From Candidatus Thorarchaeota archaeon (GTDB taxonomy: Archaea > Asgardarchaeota > Thorarchaeia > Thorarchaeales > Thorarchaeaceae), in the NCBI GenBank assembly GCA_048882045.1, contig JBHLRZ010000026.1:1-49466 (forward strand): a stretch of DNA of 49,466 nucleotides. Direction: 5' to 3'. A program made the position numbers and the translations under genes. Positions 31,720 to 40,987 of this stretch are shown one piece after another; within the stretch, counting starts at the first letter, position 1, and every line of letters begins with the position of its first letter. A model generated the notes under the pieces. The model saw only the letters and a list, made by a program, of their open reading frames with translations, searched no databases and was not told the DNA's origin.

Positions 31720-32418
31720 ATGCAGTCAGGTACAGATTTAGTAATAATTTCAGGTCTAGCGTCAATCATAATCTCTGGAACGATTGGAGTATACTTGTTT
31801 AGACTCTGGCGTCGACAAGATACAAGGTTGATGACGGATCTACCTCTAGTGTTTGCAATCACAACATTTTGTCAAGCATTGCAGATATTTATCCTAACAC
31901 TACCAAACATAGGGCTTATCCCACAGACAATGGAATTATTCCGACTCCGCTCTCTAATCATCGGAGGATCGGTTGTTCCCATTCTGGGTGCGATCCTACA
32001 AATATGGGCACCTAGGATACAGAAGTATCACAACAGGATTGTACTAGCTGTTTCAGCCTACTGGGGTGTAATGGCTTTGTTTGGTGCAACTGAGAGTTTC
32101 ATCATGATAGCGACAATTCCAATCATTCTCATCTTCGGAATAGTGATGGCAGCAACGTTTGCCATAACATGGAAGACTGGGAGATTGAAAGAAGTTCGAA
32201 GTGATCTAATGATGGTCTCTATAATATGTGGAATGGCCAGTCAGAGTCTGCGAGTCCCACTGTTAGGAACATTATTCTTCTATCTACCCGATGTATTTCT
32301 GATGCTTTCGATGCTCTTCACAGCACTAGCATTCGGAAATCCATGGTACAGGAAGACACTCAAGACCAGAGATACCACAGAATCGCCACACGAAATTGCA
32401 GTGACTGTTGATTACTAA
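31720..32418 (+). CDS. hypothetical ~7-TM membrane protein
   Basis: 232 aa with about seven hydrophobic helices; follows the CPBP gene closely. Confidence 0.7.
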   Translation: MQSGTDLVIISGLASIIISGTIGVYLFRLWRRQDTRLMTDLPLVFAITTFCQALQIFILTLPNIGLIPQTMELFRLRSLIIGGSVVPILGAILQIWAPRIQKYHNRIVLAVSAYWGVMALFGATESFIMIATIPIILIFGIVMAATFAITWKTGRLKEVRSDLMMVSIICGMASQSLRVPLLGTLFFYLPDVFLMLSMLFTALAFGNPWYRKTLKTRDTTESPHEIAVTVDY

Positions 32419-32432
32419 AAAGAAATGTTGGA

Positions 32433-32458
32433 TCTTCGCTCACGAGATAGAGCGAAGA
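32433..32458. terminator. 9-bp hairpin between convergent genes
   Basis: TCTTCGCTC-ACGAGATA-GAGCGAAGA, with T-rich tracts available on both strands. Confidence 0.6.
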
Positions 32459-32467
32459 CTTTCTACT

Positions 32468-32833
32468 CTATTGTGCAGTTACTGATACACTGGTCCTCAT
32501 GTTTCGGAAAATGAGGATGCAGGCTGGGACCACAACTATGTCAATCAAGACATGTAGAATGATGAACAGGTTTGCCACTTCTTTGTGAAGGAAGAGGAAA
32601 CGAATCACTCCACCAACTCCTCCGATGAGAGGGAGGATTACGCAGAGGGCAACAAGACCCTTCTTGTCAAGGAACCTTATCAAACCTATTCCAAGGAACA
32701 AATACATTGCTCCATAGAGTGCTGCACCTATGTTATGCCAAACTCCTCCATACACGAATACTTGTAGAGTATGCGTAGAGGCTGAAAGAATCAACAAACC
32801 ACCAGCAAGCAGTCTGAGTCTATTTTCGTTCAT
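32468..32833 (-). CDS. small 4-TM membrane protein
   Basis: Hydrophobic 121-aa ORF, GGAGGTG SD inside the upstream gene end. Confidence 0.75.
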   Translation of the reverse strand: MNENRLRLLAGGLLILSASTHTLQVFVYGGVWHNIGAALYGAMYLFLGIGLIRFLDKKGLVALCVILPLIGGVGGVIRFLFLHKEVANLFIILHVLIDIVVVPACILIFRNMRTSVSVTAQ

Positions 32834-32838
32834 GCTGT

Positions 32839-34377
32839 CTATACACCTCCTTCAACTACTTCAGCAGCCAGAGGCCTAGACTTGGCTTGGATGTGAGTGT
32901 TTGCGATGATACTTTCTGTGTGAGAAACCTCCATCCTCACTGCAACCGTAGGACTCAGAGCTCCAAACTCAAGTGAGTGTTTGAACTCACCATTGTTCCT
33001 CCCAACAGCATCATCAAAGGCTCCTGCGAACTCTGCAAGCTCAACGTCGTTTTGAAACATTGCAGATATTGTGTAGTGAGCTCGACTTCCATCAATAGTG
33101 CCTACAACAGTATAGTCTAAGAGCTGAGCTCCTGTCTTCACACATGCTGCAGAGATTCCCTCATTGACATGGGCATCAGTGAGCTTTTCTCCAGCTAGAT
33201 TGACAACTCTACCCTTCCGACCTATACGATGCACTGAGTACGGATTAGTATCGATGAAGGTCAACATATCCCCGATACGGTATCTTGTATAACCCATCAT
33301 GTTGGTGAGAACAATCTCGTATCTGTGACCCTTCTTCACTTCTGACAACGGGATGACCTTTGGTTCATCCTTGTGAATCTCTTTCTCTGGAATGAACTCG
33401 AAGTAGTTTATGTGAGGTAGTAATTGAATCCCATTGTCTGTGTGCTCAAGGAGTGTTGTACCGTAAATCCCTTCACTTCCCGCGTAGTTGTCCCAGAGCG
33501 TTGCGTTCGGTAGGGTTTCTTTAAGCCAGGACTTGTAGGGATCTGCATCGATACCTGTTGCACCAATCATGATGAGATTTGGCCAGAGGACCTGAAGGTC
33601 TAGTGTACCGTCATCACGGAGTGCATCACGGATTCGCTGTTCATGTTTTGTCCCCTTGAACTCCTCAAACAGACTTGGTCCGTACTCATTCTGCATCTTC
33701 CTAATAAACGAAATAGCCAAGGTTGTTATTCCAGCAAGAGAAGTAACATTCTCCTGCACACCGTACTTGGCATATGCCCACAGCTTTTCGCTAATGTTGG
33801 TCATGTTGAAGACTTCCTCACCAGGTTTGATGAGCTTCTTTAGCAACGCATTGGCAATCATCTCTCTTGATATGCCAGTCATATAACCCAAAGGCACACC
33901 ATTCAGTTCACCAAGTCTTGCAGGAGCTGCAAAGGTAACCATTGTGCCATCGAAAACTCTGTTGTTTCCGCGTTTGGCATTGATGAATGACATAAGGAAC
34001 AACATGCTCGCCGCAGAGTAATCAGCCAGGCCTGCCTTGCTTATAGGGAGAGCCTTTGGTTTTCCAGTAGACCCACTGCTCTGAACATACCAAATAGTCG
34101 GATCAGCTGTGACAATTGGACTTTCAGGACTTGCATGTATTTGCTCCCAATATGGCTGCATCGATGCATAGTCATAGAGTGGGACACGTTCACTAAATTC
34201 CTCAGGTGTTGCTATACTGGCAAAATCGTGGTCCTTCCCAAACACAGTGTGACTGTGTCTTTCCAGGATTGACATGAGCTTGGCATCGGTCAGTTCAATT
34301 GGGTTGTTCAAAATCTCCGCAATTGTCTTTGCCTTTCTCTTCGCCAATAGAGGAATGAGCTTGCTGATTACTCCCAT
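32839..34377 (-). CDS. GH3 (auxin-responsive-type) acyl-acid amido synthetase family, adenylate-forming
   Basis: SSGSTGKPKALP, YAGSEG, YFEFIP, YRIGD, LAGEKL motifs. Confidence 0.9.
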   Translation of the reverse strand: MGVISKLIPLLAKRKAKTIAEILNNPIELTDAKLMSILERHSHTVFGKDHDFASIATPEEFSERVPLYDYASMQPYWEQIHASPESPIVTADPTIWYVQSSGSTGKPKALPISKAGLADYSAASMLFLMSFINAKRGNNRVFDGTMVTFAAPARLGELNGVPLGYMTGISREMIANALLKKLIKPGEEVFNMTNISEKLWAYAKYGVQENVTSLAGITTLAISFIRKMQNEYGPSLFEEFKGTKHEQRIRDALRDDGTLDLQVLWPNLIMIGATGIDADPYKSWLKETLPNATLWDNYAGSEGIYGTTLLEHTDNGIQLLPHINYFEFIPEKEIHKDEPKVIPLSEVKKGHRYEIVLTNMMGYTRYRIGDMLTFIDTNPYSVHRIGRKGRVVNLAGEKLTDAHVNEGISAACVKTGAQLLDYTVVGTIDGSRAHYTISAMFQNDVELAEFAGAFDDAVGRNNGEFKHSLEFGALSPTVAVRMEVSHTESIIANTHIQAKSRPLAAEVVEGGV

Positions 34378-34463
34378 TATGAAACCATTCCTCCCAATGA
34401 ATTCACAAAACGAAGTAGTGCAACTCTGTTCCTTCGACCCGAGTCAATTCTCGTTTTCGACAT
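34377..34463 (-). CDS. putative 28-aa leader peptide translationally coupled to the GH3 gene
   Basis: AAGGAGG 10 nt upstream of ATG; MSKTRIDSGRRNRVALLRFVNSLGGMVS; its TAA overlaps the GH3 ATG (TAATG). Confidence 0.4.
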   Translation of the reverse strand: MSKTRIDSGRRNRVALLRFVNSLGGMVS

Positions 34464-34727
34464 CTTAGTCTTGCCTCCTTCTGGTTTCTTAGGATTGCCC
34501 CAAGACACCATCTGAAGGAGTGCGTACTCGACTGATACTAAGTGTCCTCTGTCAGGGGGTACTCTCCTGTATGAATCCTCCCACTCGTTGTAGATACTCG
34601 TTTGTAAGTCCAGTTCTGGCAAATCTACCAGTCATAACTGTCAATTCAGACGGTGGAAGGTTGAGACTCTCTGTCGCCCCAGGTCGTGTGTCGCTTTTTG
34701 CAATGGAGAGTGTTGGAAGCTTCAGAT

Positions 34728-34763
34728 ATTGTTAGGTTTGAAAAATGAAACAAACCTGACGAT
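34728..34763. promoter_or_regulatory. 13-bp imperfect inverted repeat in the divergent intergenic region
   Basis: ATTGTTAGGTTTG-N10-CAAACCTGACGAT (both mismatches would be G-U pairs in plus-strand RNA). Confidence 0.45.
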
Positions 34764-35042
34764 TAAGGCCATAGAATGAGTATCTTGAATATCAGAAGGT
34801 CTGACTTAACAACAACCAGGTACTCGCGATAGATTCCGATCAATCAATTTTGTCCCAAATCCTTCTTCCCGTTGCAGAATGCGGTACAGGAGTTGGAGCG
34901 ATGAAGTGTATGAGAGTATTTCATAGATTCTGAATATCATTTCCTAACTAAGAACTGCAAACGCAGCCTTTAGTGAGCGTATTTTCTGGATTCGTGAGAC
35001 CCATACTCTTGTTTACCTCTCAAGGAAGAAGTCTAGAGTCTT

Positions 35043-35819
35043 TTGAGCTTGGTCATTCTCAAGATGATAACCCAACTCGAAGACCAGTTGATGGCAGCAT
35101 ACAGAGAAGCGAATGGTCGCGGTATGATAGACGTGACCCTACCACTGCAAGTCATGTTCAGTGACGCGGACAGGACTGTCCTAAAGGCTCGACTACGATT
35201 CAATGGGTCTGAGAAGGATGCTAGTCTCATCCTCATCATCGGGCTGAGGAGTGACATTCTCTCTCCGTTCCAGCGATTTGAATCAGACAGGCAAGGTAGG
35301 TTCGCACCTTGTGACATTCCAGGGATCGTGCCTGGTCTGGCGTTGATGGTCACCTCGATCAATTCAGGACTTGCACTAAGTGCTATCGCAAAGGATGATG
35401 CCACGAGATTCATCCTTGTGTTCGAGGGTCTTGCGGAAAGAAAGGGGGGAAGTCTCCGTGCACTCTCAGCGGTAGTGAGGAATTACATGAAGAAGTGGAG
35501 TGAGTGGACTGAGGTCCTCATGACCACGATTCGAAGAGACCCTGTTGTTTCGGGATGGGATCTGGATTGGAGGGAGTACTTGGCAGGAGAATCAGGGTTT
35601 GTTACGATGAACTGGTTCAAGCCAATGACATTCTCGGAGAGAGAGATAGCCCTGAATAGAGTGGTGGTGTCATCGAGGGCACTTTTGGCGTCTGTGCTCA
35701 GCAGCAGTCAGCTGAAGGACCCTATGATAGTTGGTCTTAGAGAGTGGTTGGACAGACTAGAACCACTTCCAGAGGTCATCAGTGGAGTACAGGCTAGTGA
35801 AGAGGAGGTTGAGATCTAA
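35043..35819 (+). CDS. hypothetical protein, first gene of the large recombination operon
   Basis: 258-aa ORF; its stop overlaps the next start (TAATG). Confidence 0.75.
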   Translation: MSLVILKMITQLEDQLMAAYREANGRGMIDVTLPLQVMFSDADRTVLKARLRFNGSEKDASLILIIGLRSDILSPFQRFESDRQGRFAPCDIPGIVPGLALMVTSINSGLALSAIAKDDATRFILVFEGLAERKGGSLRALSAVVRNYMKKWSEWTEVLMTTIRRDPVVSGWDLDWREYLAGESGFVTMNWFKPMTFSEREIALNRVVVSSRALLASVLSSSQLKDPMIVGLREWLDRLEPLPEVISGVQASEEEVEI

Positions 35820-36286
35820 TGCAAGTAGACGATTTTACTCGAAGTGTTCCCCGAACCCCGTTCAACATGCCACAGGTCTCCTGGCTTGCAGGAGCCGCGG
35901 CTGGAATGAGGATTGGAGGGAAGAAAAGTCCAGCGTGGCTTTGGGATGCTTTCTTCAACGACATCACTGAGATGATCCACCTCGTAGGTGATGTCGAGCC
36001 CGTTGATCCGGGCTTTGCACCAAACGAAGGAGACGGTCTCATCGGATCAGCCTTTGATGCGCTGGGTGGCTACATCAGTGTCACTGGTGAGATTACACCT
36101 GAGGGGCTCTACTTCAGGGTCCCAGTGAGATGTCAGAAGCAGGTGAAGGAGCTTCTGAATGGGATTACAGTACATCGTTCGGATGGAGAGATCATCGTTC
36201 CAGAATACGACATGCCAGCGTTTCTGAGACTTATACCAGTAGAAGGACCCCTGGCAGAGTGGCTTGAACAGGAGGAGATTGCATGA
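35819..36286 (+). CDS. hypothetical protein resembling a catalytically dead two-motif LAGLIDADG domain
   Basis: WLAGAAAGMR and LIGSAFDALGGYISV align by eye to LAGLIDADG motifs; GGAGG SD. Confidence 0.45.
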   Translation: MQVDDFTRSVPRTPFNMPQVSWLAGAAAGMRIGGKKSPAWLWDAFFNDITEMIHLVGDVEPVDPGFAPNEGDGLIGSAFDALGGYISVTGEITPEGLYFRVPVRCQKQVKELLNGITVHRSDGEIIVPEYDMPAFLRLIPVEGPLAEWLEQEEIA

Positions 36287-37362
36287 CAGAGCTTGAAGCC
36301 GTACAAGGAATCGGGCCGGCTGTAGCCAAGAAACTCAGGGACACCTATATCACAACTGCAGAGTTGCTGGCCGTCCAAAATCCTATCGAGTTGATGAAGA
36401 AAACAAAACTGGGAGAAGGAACCACAGAGAAAATCATCAAGAATGCAAGGTCTCTTGTTGGCAAGTTCGGTTTTCGCTCTGGGCTAGAAATTGAGAAAGA
36501 GATGGAAGAGATGCCACGCCTCACCACAGGAGTTGAGAAGATAGACACTGCACTGCGTGGAGGAATAGAAATCGGCTCGATCGTTGAGTTCTTTGGTCCA
36601 GCTCGAGGTGGGAAGACACAATGGGTTTCACAGCTGGCAGTAACCGCTCAGCTCCCGAGGGAGCAGGGAGGGCTCGAAGGCAGGGTCCTGTGGCTCGACA
36701 CCGAGAGCTCGTTTAAACCGTGGGTGATCCGAGCGCAGGCCATACGTCACGGTCTCGATCCGGATATCACATTGGGTAACATCGGGAGAGCAGAAGTCGT
36801 GCTATCTGGGCAGATAACGGAGATCTTCGAGAGCGTCCCGCAGATGTGTGCTGAACAGGACTACAAGCTCGTTGTGATTGACTCCTTCACAGGACTGTTC
36901 AGAGCCGAATACACTGGCTTAGAAAATATGCGGATCAGACAACAGGACATGAACAATTTGCTCAACCAGATGCGTAGAACTGCAACTGCCACTGGATGCA
37001 TCTTCGCTTACACAAACCAGGTCATGGCCAAGATCTCAACCTATGGTGGAAATCCGAACGCTCCTGTAGGCGGACATATAGTGTCCCATGCCAGTGACTA
37101 CAGGTTCTATACGAGAAGGACAAAGTCCGATGTGAGGAAGATCGAGCTTCAGGACAATGCGGGCTTGCCAGAGTTCGATGCCGAGCTTGTTGTCGGGTGG
37201 GGAGGATTATTCGCTGACTCCAAGACCAAGAAGGAGATTGAGCCACAGGTTCTCGAGTATTTCGAGAGACGTGGAGAAACCATTGACGTAGACAACGATG
37301 ACGCACCTGAGGAAGAAGCCGTCATTGAGGCTGAGACTGTTTCGGCAGGTGAGGGTGCGTGA
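36283..37362 (+). CDS. radA: RadA/Rad51-family recombinase (divergent paralog with acidic tail)
   Basis: N-terminal HhH (VQGIGPAVAKKL), FRSG polymerisation motif, Walker A GPARGGKT, LDTE, VVIDS, NQV...PVGGHIVSHAS. Confidence 0.9.
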   Translation: MTELEAVQGIGPAVAKKLRDTYITTAELLAVQNPIELMKKTKLGEGTTEKIIKNARSLVGKFGFRSGLEIEKEMEEMPRLTTGVEKIDTALRGGIEIGSIVEFFGPARGGKTQWVSQLAVTAQLPREQGGLEGRVLWLDTESSFKPWVIRAQAIRHGLDPDITLGNIGRAEVVLSGQITEIFESVPQMCAEQDYKLVVIDSFTGLFRAEYTGLENMRIRQQDMNNLLNQMRRTATATGCIFAYTNQVMAKISTYGGNPNAPVGGHIVSHASDYRFYTRRTKSDVRKIELQDNAGLPEFDAELVVGWGGLFADSKTKKEIEPQVLEYFERRGETIDVDNDDAPEEEAVIEAETVSAGEGA

Positions 37363-37814
37363 CCCGGGAGCGAGGGATGTTCAGAATCTACAGATGTGCA
37401 AAGTGTCGAAACATAGGATATCTCGTTGTTGAGAATGAAGAGGAAACCTCCCATTGCAGCCTTTGCCATGCTGTAGTTATTCATGAGGCAGGTATGGTCT
37501 ACGCTGCGACGATACAAGAAGCCCAAGCAGGCGTCCGTGAGCTGGTCATAGAGTCGCAGATGTCGAAAGTGAAGGCTGCAGGTAGTAGTCGAGGTCTCGG
37601 ACTCAAGCGCCGAGTTTACAATATAGTTGAATCACTTGTCGACCTCAATCGGGGACGACCTGTGAGTATTGAGAATGTGATGAGAGAATGCAGTGAGGCA
37701 AACATCGACCTCGGTCGAGCTATGAGATTTTTGGACTCCCTTGAGTCAGAGGGAATGATCCTGAATGATGGCATTTCGGTTTCACTGACAGCGGAGGCCT
37801 GGTCTGATGTCTAG
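37359..37814 (+). CDS. Zn-ribbon plus C-terminal winged-helix protein
   Basis: CAKC...CSLC; C-terminal VSIENVMRECSEANIDLGRAMRFLDSLESEGMI resembles RPA32/MCM-type wH. Confidence 0.7.
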   Translation: MTRERGMFRIYRCAKCRNIGYLVVENEEETSHCSLCHAVVIHEAGMVYAATIQEAQAGVRELVIESQMSKVKAAGSSRGLGLKRRVYNIVESLVDLNRGRPVSIENVMRECSEANIDLGRAMRFLDSLESEGMILNDGISVSLTAEAWSDV

Positions 37815-38433
37815 CACTGATGAACAAGAACATGTCTGGGTTTCAACCACTCCTCCGAATGTCCCGGGGAGCTCGATGATCAACCTGGTCAATCTACTGT
37901 TGCGAGAAACCGCACATCGCATCACAGTGTTGGATAGAGCAAGAGGACCAGACCCTGAGCTCTATGTTGTCACAAGGGTCGACTGGAAACATCCTGACCT
38001 TGAGAAACCAATGCTTCCCCAGTTGCCTAGTCTGCTATCGCTGCTAGAAACTCTAAGAGGTTCCAAGGGAGTTCCGAGAGAAATCAGATTGAATAGTGCT
38101 GAAGGAGTGGCGGTGTATCTCTCCACTGGAGTCAGGGTCTCATCGTTACCCAAGGACCCAAAGACAGCTGTGCAGGGACTCATGGCAATCATAGAAGAGT
38201 CGTTGGAACATCTCTTCTCCACAATGCGAGAGGTGGAGAAGTGGTTCTGGAAGGCTGCCCGTCAGAAAGGATTCAGTCCGGAGATAGTAGAGAGAATGGC
38301 TCGAGAAGAGGTCGGGTATAACTCTCGCGAGTTGATGCTAAGATTTCAGAGAATCCTGCACAAGTTCTTCTCACTGAAGTTCAGGATATACCAGGCAGAA
38401 GAACGATTGAGGGTGGAGGAGGAGTACGATTGA
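37807..38433 (+). CDS. hypothetical protein
   Basis: 208-aa ORF coupled to both neighbours; GGAGG SD. Confidence 0.75.
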   Translation: MSSTDEQEHVWVSTTPPNVPGSSMINLVNLLLRETAHRITVLDRARGPDPELYVVTRVDWKHPDLEKPMLPQLPSLLSLLETLRGSKGVPREIRLNSAEGVAVYLSTGVRVSSLPKDPKTAVQGLMAIIEESLEHLFSTMREVEKWFWKAARQKGFSPEIVERMAREEVGYNSRELMLRFQRILHKFFSLKFRIYQAEERLRVEEEYD

Positions 38434-40388
38434 CCACTGCGTTGACCGATCCAATGGCCTTGTTCCCTTATACACCAAGGCCTTCACAGGAAAAAGCGGT
38501 CGGTCTCGCAGCTGATGTCTATTCAAGAAAGACTGTCGGACTTTTGAGCGCTGATTGTGGAATCGGGAAGACCATTGCAGTCCTATCAGGCTATCTAGCA
38601 GCACGAGGACACGACGAGTCCGCCCGTTTGTTTGCCTTGACACGGACTCATTCACAGTCAAAGGTGTTTGAGAGTGAGCTCGAAGTCCTCAGATCGGTTA
38701 TGCCAAGGCTTACAGCAACAACCATGGTCAGCAGAGTCCATGTCTGTCCGATAAGGCACCAGATGGAGAATCTCAGCTCAACGGGTTTCATGAGAGCCTG
38801 CGCCAAGATGATCAAGACAGGTGCCTGTAATTACTACTGGGGATTCTACAAGAAACAGACAGACGGTCGTACAGTTATCAGGGATGAAATTAGAGGAACA
38901 ATAGATGACCTTCTAGACACGGGAGTTGTTACTCGAGAACGTGTCGAGGAACGGGCACAGGAGGAGGGTGTCTGTCCCTATGAAATGATGAGATGGTGTG
39001 CAAGAAGAAGTAGGGTCATCATCGGGCCCTATTCGTATTTATTCCGCTCTCGCATTCGTACCGCCCTCCTTGCATCATTAGGAGTAGCCCTTCAGGATGT
39101 GGACATTCTTGTAGATGAGGCACATAATCTCCCAGCACATGTGCTTGATGCTGAAACAGCTCATCTTAGTAACGATGACCTGAGATGGCTCAAGGAGAAC
39201 CATCAATTAGTGACCAGAGAAACTGGTCTGAGATGGATTCGAGAGGTCATCGACTTTCTTTGGGAAACCTTGATGGTAAATTTGGACAAGATGTACAATC
39301 GAAAAGAGCGTGTCTTAGACAAGTGGGACGTGTCACCCAGGTTCATCAAAGAAGATGACCTTGACTTGCTTCATGCTTCTGGTCGCCCAGGAATGAACGA
39401 TCCAGAGAACGCAAACCTGATTGAAACCCCGCTTGACAGACTCATCGAATTCCTGTATGCCGCTCTTAGAGCTGCAAAGAGTGACGGGTGGCATGTCACG
39501 CTCCAGAATACAAAATCATGGGAAGACAACATCCCATCTACAAGTTCAAAGCTTACAATACAACCACTGAACTCTTCGGGTCTCACTGCGCCGATACTGC
39601 GTGGGGCACGTGCCGCTGTACTGATGTCAGGAACTCTTAGGCCCCTTGAGTACTATGCCAGACTCCTTGGAGTCTCAGGTGCCATGGTCGAGAGTCTAGT
39701 TAGTCCGTATCCAAGGGGGACCAGACTCGTTCTTATTGACAAGAATCTCAATACAAAATACCAAACAAGAGGACCAGACCTTTGGAGAGAACTCGCCCTC
39801 AGAATATCCATCGCTCTCAAGGCAATGCCAGCAAACAAGAGTGCTCTGATTGCGTTTCCAAGCTACCAGATGCTTCACGAAGTCATGTCATATTCCATTG
39901 ACACTGGTTTTCGAGAGGTGCTTATTGAGACCAGAACTGAACGTGTCGAAACCCTTGCTGAGGCAATTTCTGAAAAGCCCCATGCAGTGTTCTGTGTCTA
40001 TGGAGGAAAGTTCTCTGAGGGGATAGATCTAGTGAGTGAGGGTTCCAGTCAGATAGACCTGATAATTGGAATCGGGATTCCTTTTGGCCCACCCACCAGC
40101 TACCAGGTTGCTCTCCAACATTGGTATGACTCTCGCTTTGGTGATGGCTCAGGATTCTACTATGGATCAGTCATTCCTTCGATAAGACAGGTGGCTCAAC
40201 TGATAGGACGACTGAGGAGAGCTCCGACTGACACTGGAGTAGTAGTGTTATTGGATAACCGTTTCATCAAACACCTGCAGGTGTTCGGAGAGGAGATAGT
40301 GTCAGACGTCTGGCCTTATCGAGATGTTGAGGAACTCGAACTAGCAATCAGCCAGTTTGTCAAAATGCAGGAGGATTTGGTACATTGA
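38430..40388 (+). CDS. XPD/Rad3/DinG-family Fe-S SF2 helicase
   Basis: FPYTPRPSQ Q-motif, ADCGIGKT Walker A, four Fe-S cysteines (VCP, RACA, GACN, VCPYE), DEAHNL, MSGTL, GKFSEGID, QLIGRLRR. Confidence 0.93.
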   Translation: MTTALTDPMALFPYTPRPSQEKAVGLAADVYSRKTVGLLSADCGIGKTIAVLSGYLAARGHDESARLFALTRTHSQSKVFESELEVLRSVMPRLTATTMVSRVHVCPIRHQMENLSSTGFMRACAKMIKTGACNYYWGFYKKQTDGRTVIRDEIRGTIDDLLDTGVVTRERVEERAQEEGVCPYEMMRWCARRSRVIIGPYSYLFRSRIRTALLASLGVALQDVDILVDEAHNLPAHVLDAETAHLSNDDLRWLKENHQLVTRETGLRWIREVIDFLWETLMVNLDKMYNRKERVLDKWDVSPRFIKEDDLDLLHASGRPGMNDPENANLIETPLDRLIEFLYAALRAAKSDGWHVTLQNTKSWEDNIPSTSSKLTIQPLNSSGLTAPILRGARAAVLMSGTLRPLEYYARLLGVSGAMVESLVSPYPRGTRLVLIDKNLNTKYQTRGPDLWRELALRISIALKAMPANKSALIAFPSYQMLHEVMSYSIDTGFREVLIETRTERVETLAEAISEKPHAVFCVYGGKFSEGIDLVSEGSSQIDLIIGIGIPFGPPTSYQVALQHWYDSRFGDGSGFYYGSVIPSIRQVAQLIGRLRRAPTDTGVVVLLDNRFIKHLQVFGEEIVSDVWPYRDVEELELAISQFVKMQEDLVH

Positions 40389-40987
40389 ATTTCAAAGACA
40401 TTTCAGAACTCCGATGGTTCGGACTCTCTCTATTCATTATAATATTGATTCTGAAAATAGGGCTTTCACTAAATGATGTCATTGGGATTGCACTGATTGG
40501 CACAGGTCTAGTAATCTATGTCTACACCTTCATCCTCGACATGCGCTCAATCGAATCACCCAGAGTACTCTGGGATGATGCTAGAGGGATTATGGCTACT
40601 GTTCGACCATGGCAGGTTGAAGTGTGTGCTGCACGACTACTAGGTAGTGTACCCCTGGGAATTGACCTATCTCACTCAGCAAGAAAAGTGCTTCAGGCAA
40701 TGCACTCACGTTTCCTAAATGAAGAGGGAGGATCTCTTCTTTTCTTCATATCACGTCCTATGGGTGATGGGACCACAAAAGTGGGTCTACTAGTCAGGAG
40801 AACTGCGTTTCGACTGCCAAGTTTGGTACCTAAGTTGGATCACCTTGTGCAACTCCTGATGGCAGATGTCATGATCCTTGAAGGTGCGATGCGTGCTGCA
40901 TATCCACACTTACCAGTTGAGAGAGCTGAGAAGCAAGATATACTCATAGTGAATAAAGGAGGTATAGAATCAATTGTCCCGCATTGA
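40385..40987 (+). CDS. membrane protein (two N-terminal TM helices plus soluble domain)
   Basis: WFGLSLFIIILIL and VIGIALIGTGLVIYVY; TTGA overlap, GGAGG SD. Confidence 0.75.
   Translation: MNFKDISELRWFGLSLFIIILILKIGLSLNDVIGIALIGTGLVIYVYTFILDMRSIESPRVLWDDARGIMATVRPWQVEVCAARLLGSVPLGIDLSHSARKVLQAMHSRFLNEEGGSLLFFISRPMGDGTTKVGLLVRRTAFRLPSLVPKLDHLVQLLMADVMILEGAMRAAYPHLPVERAEKQDILIVNKGGIESIVPH

Noticed and set aside
34377-34622. 81-aa ORF upstream of GH3 as a real full-length protein
   Set aside because: TTG start with no SD, and it runs through a strong hairpin; only the last 28 codons have an SD-supported ATG.
34552-34635. Double-glycine RiPP leader (LTNEYLQRVGG)
   Set aside because: Spacing is off by one from the consensus, and no C39 peptidase transporter or RiPP maturase is nearby.
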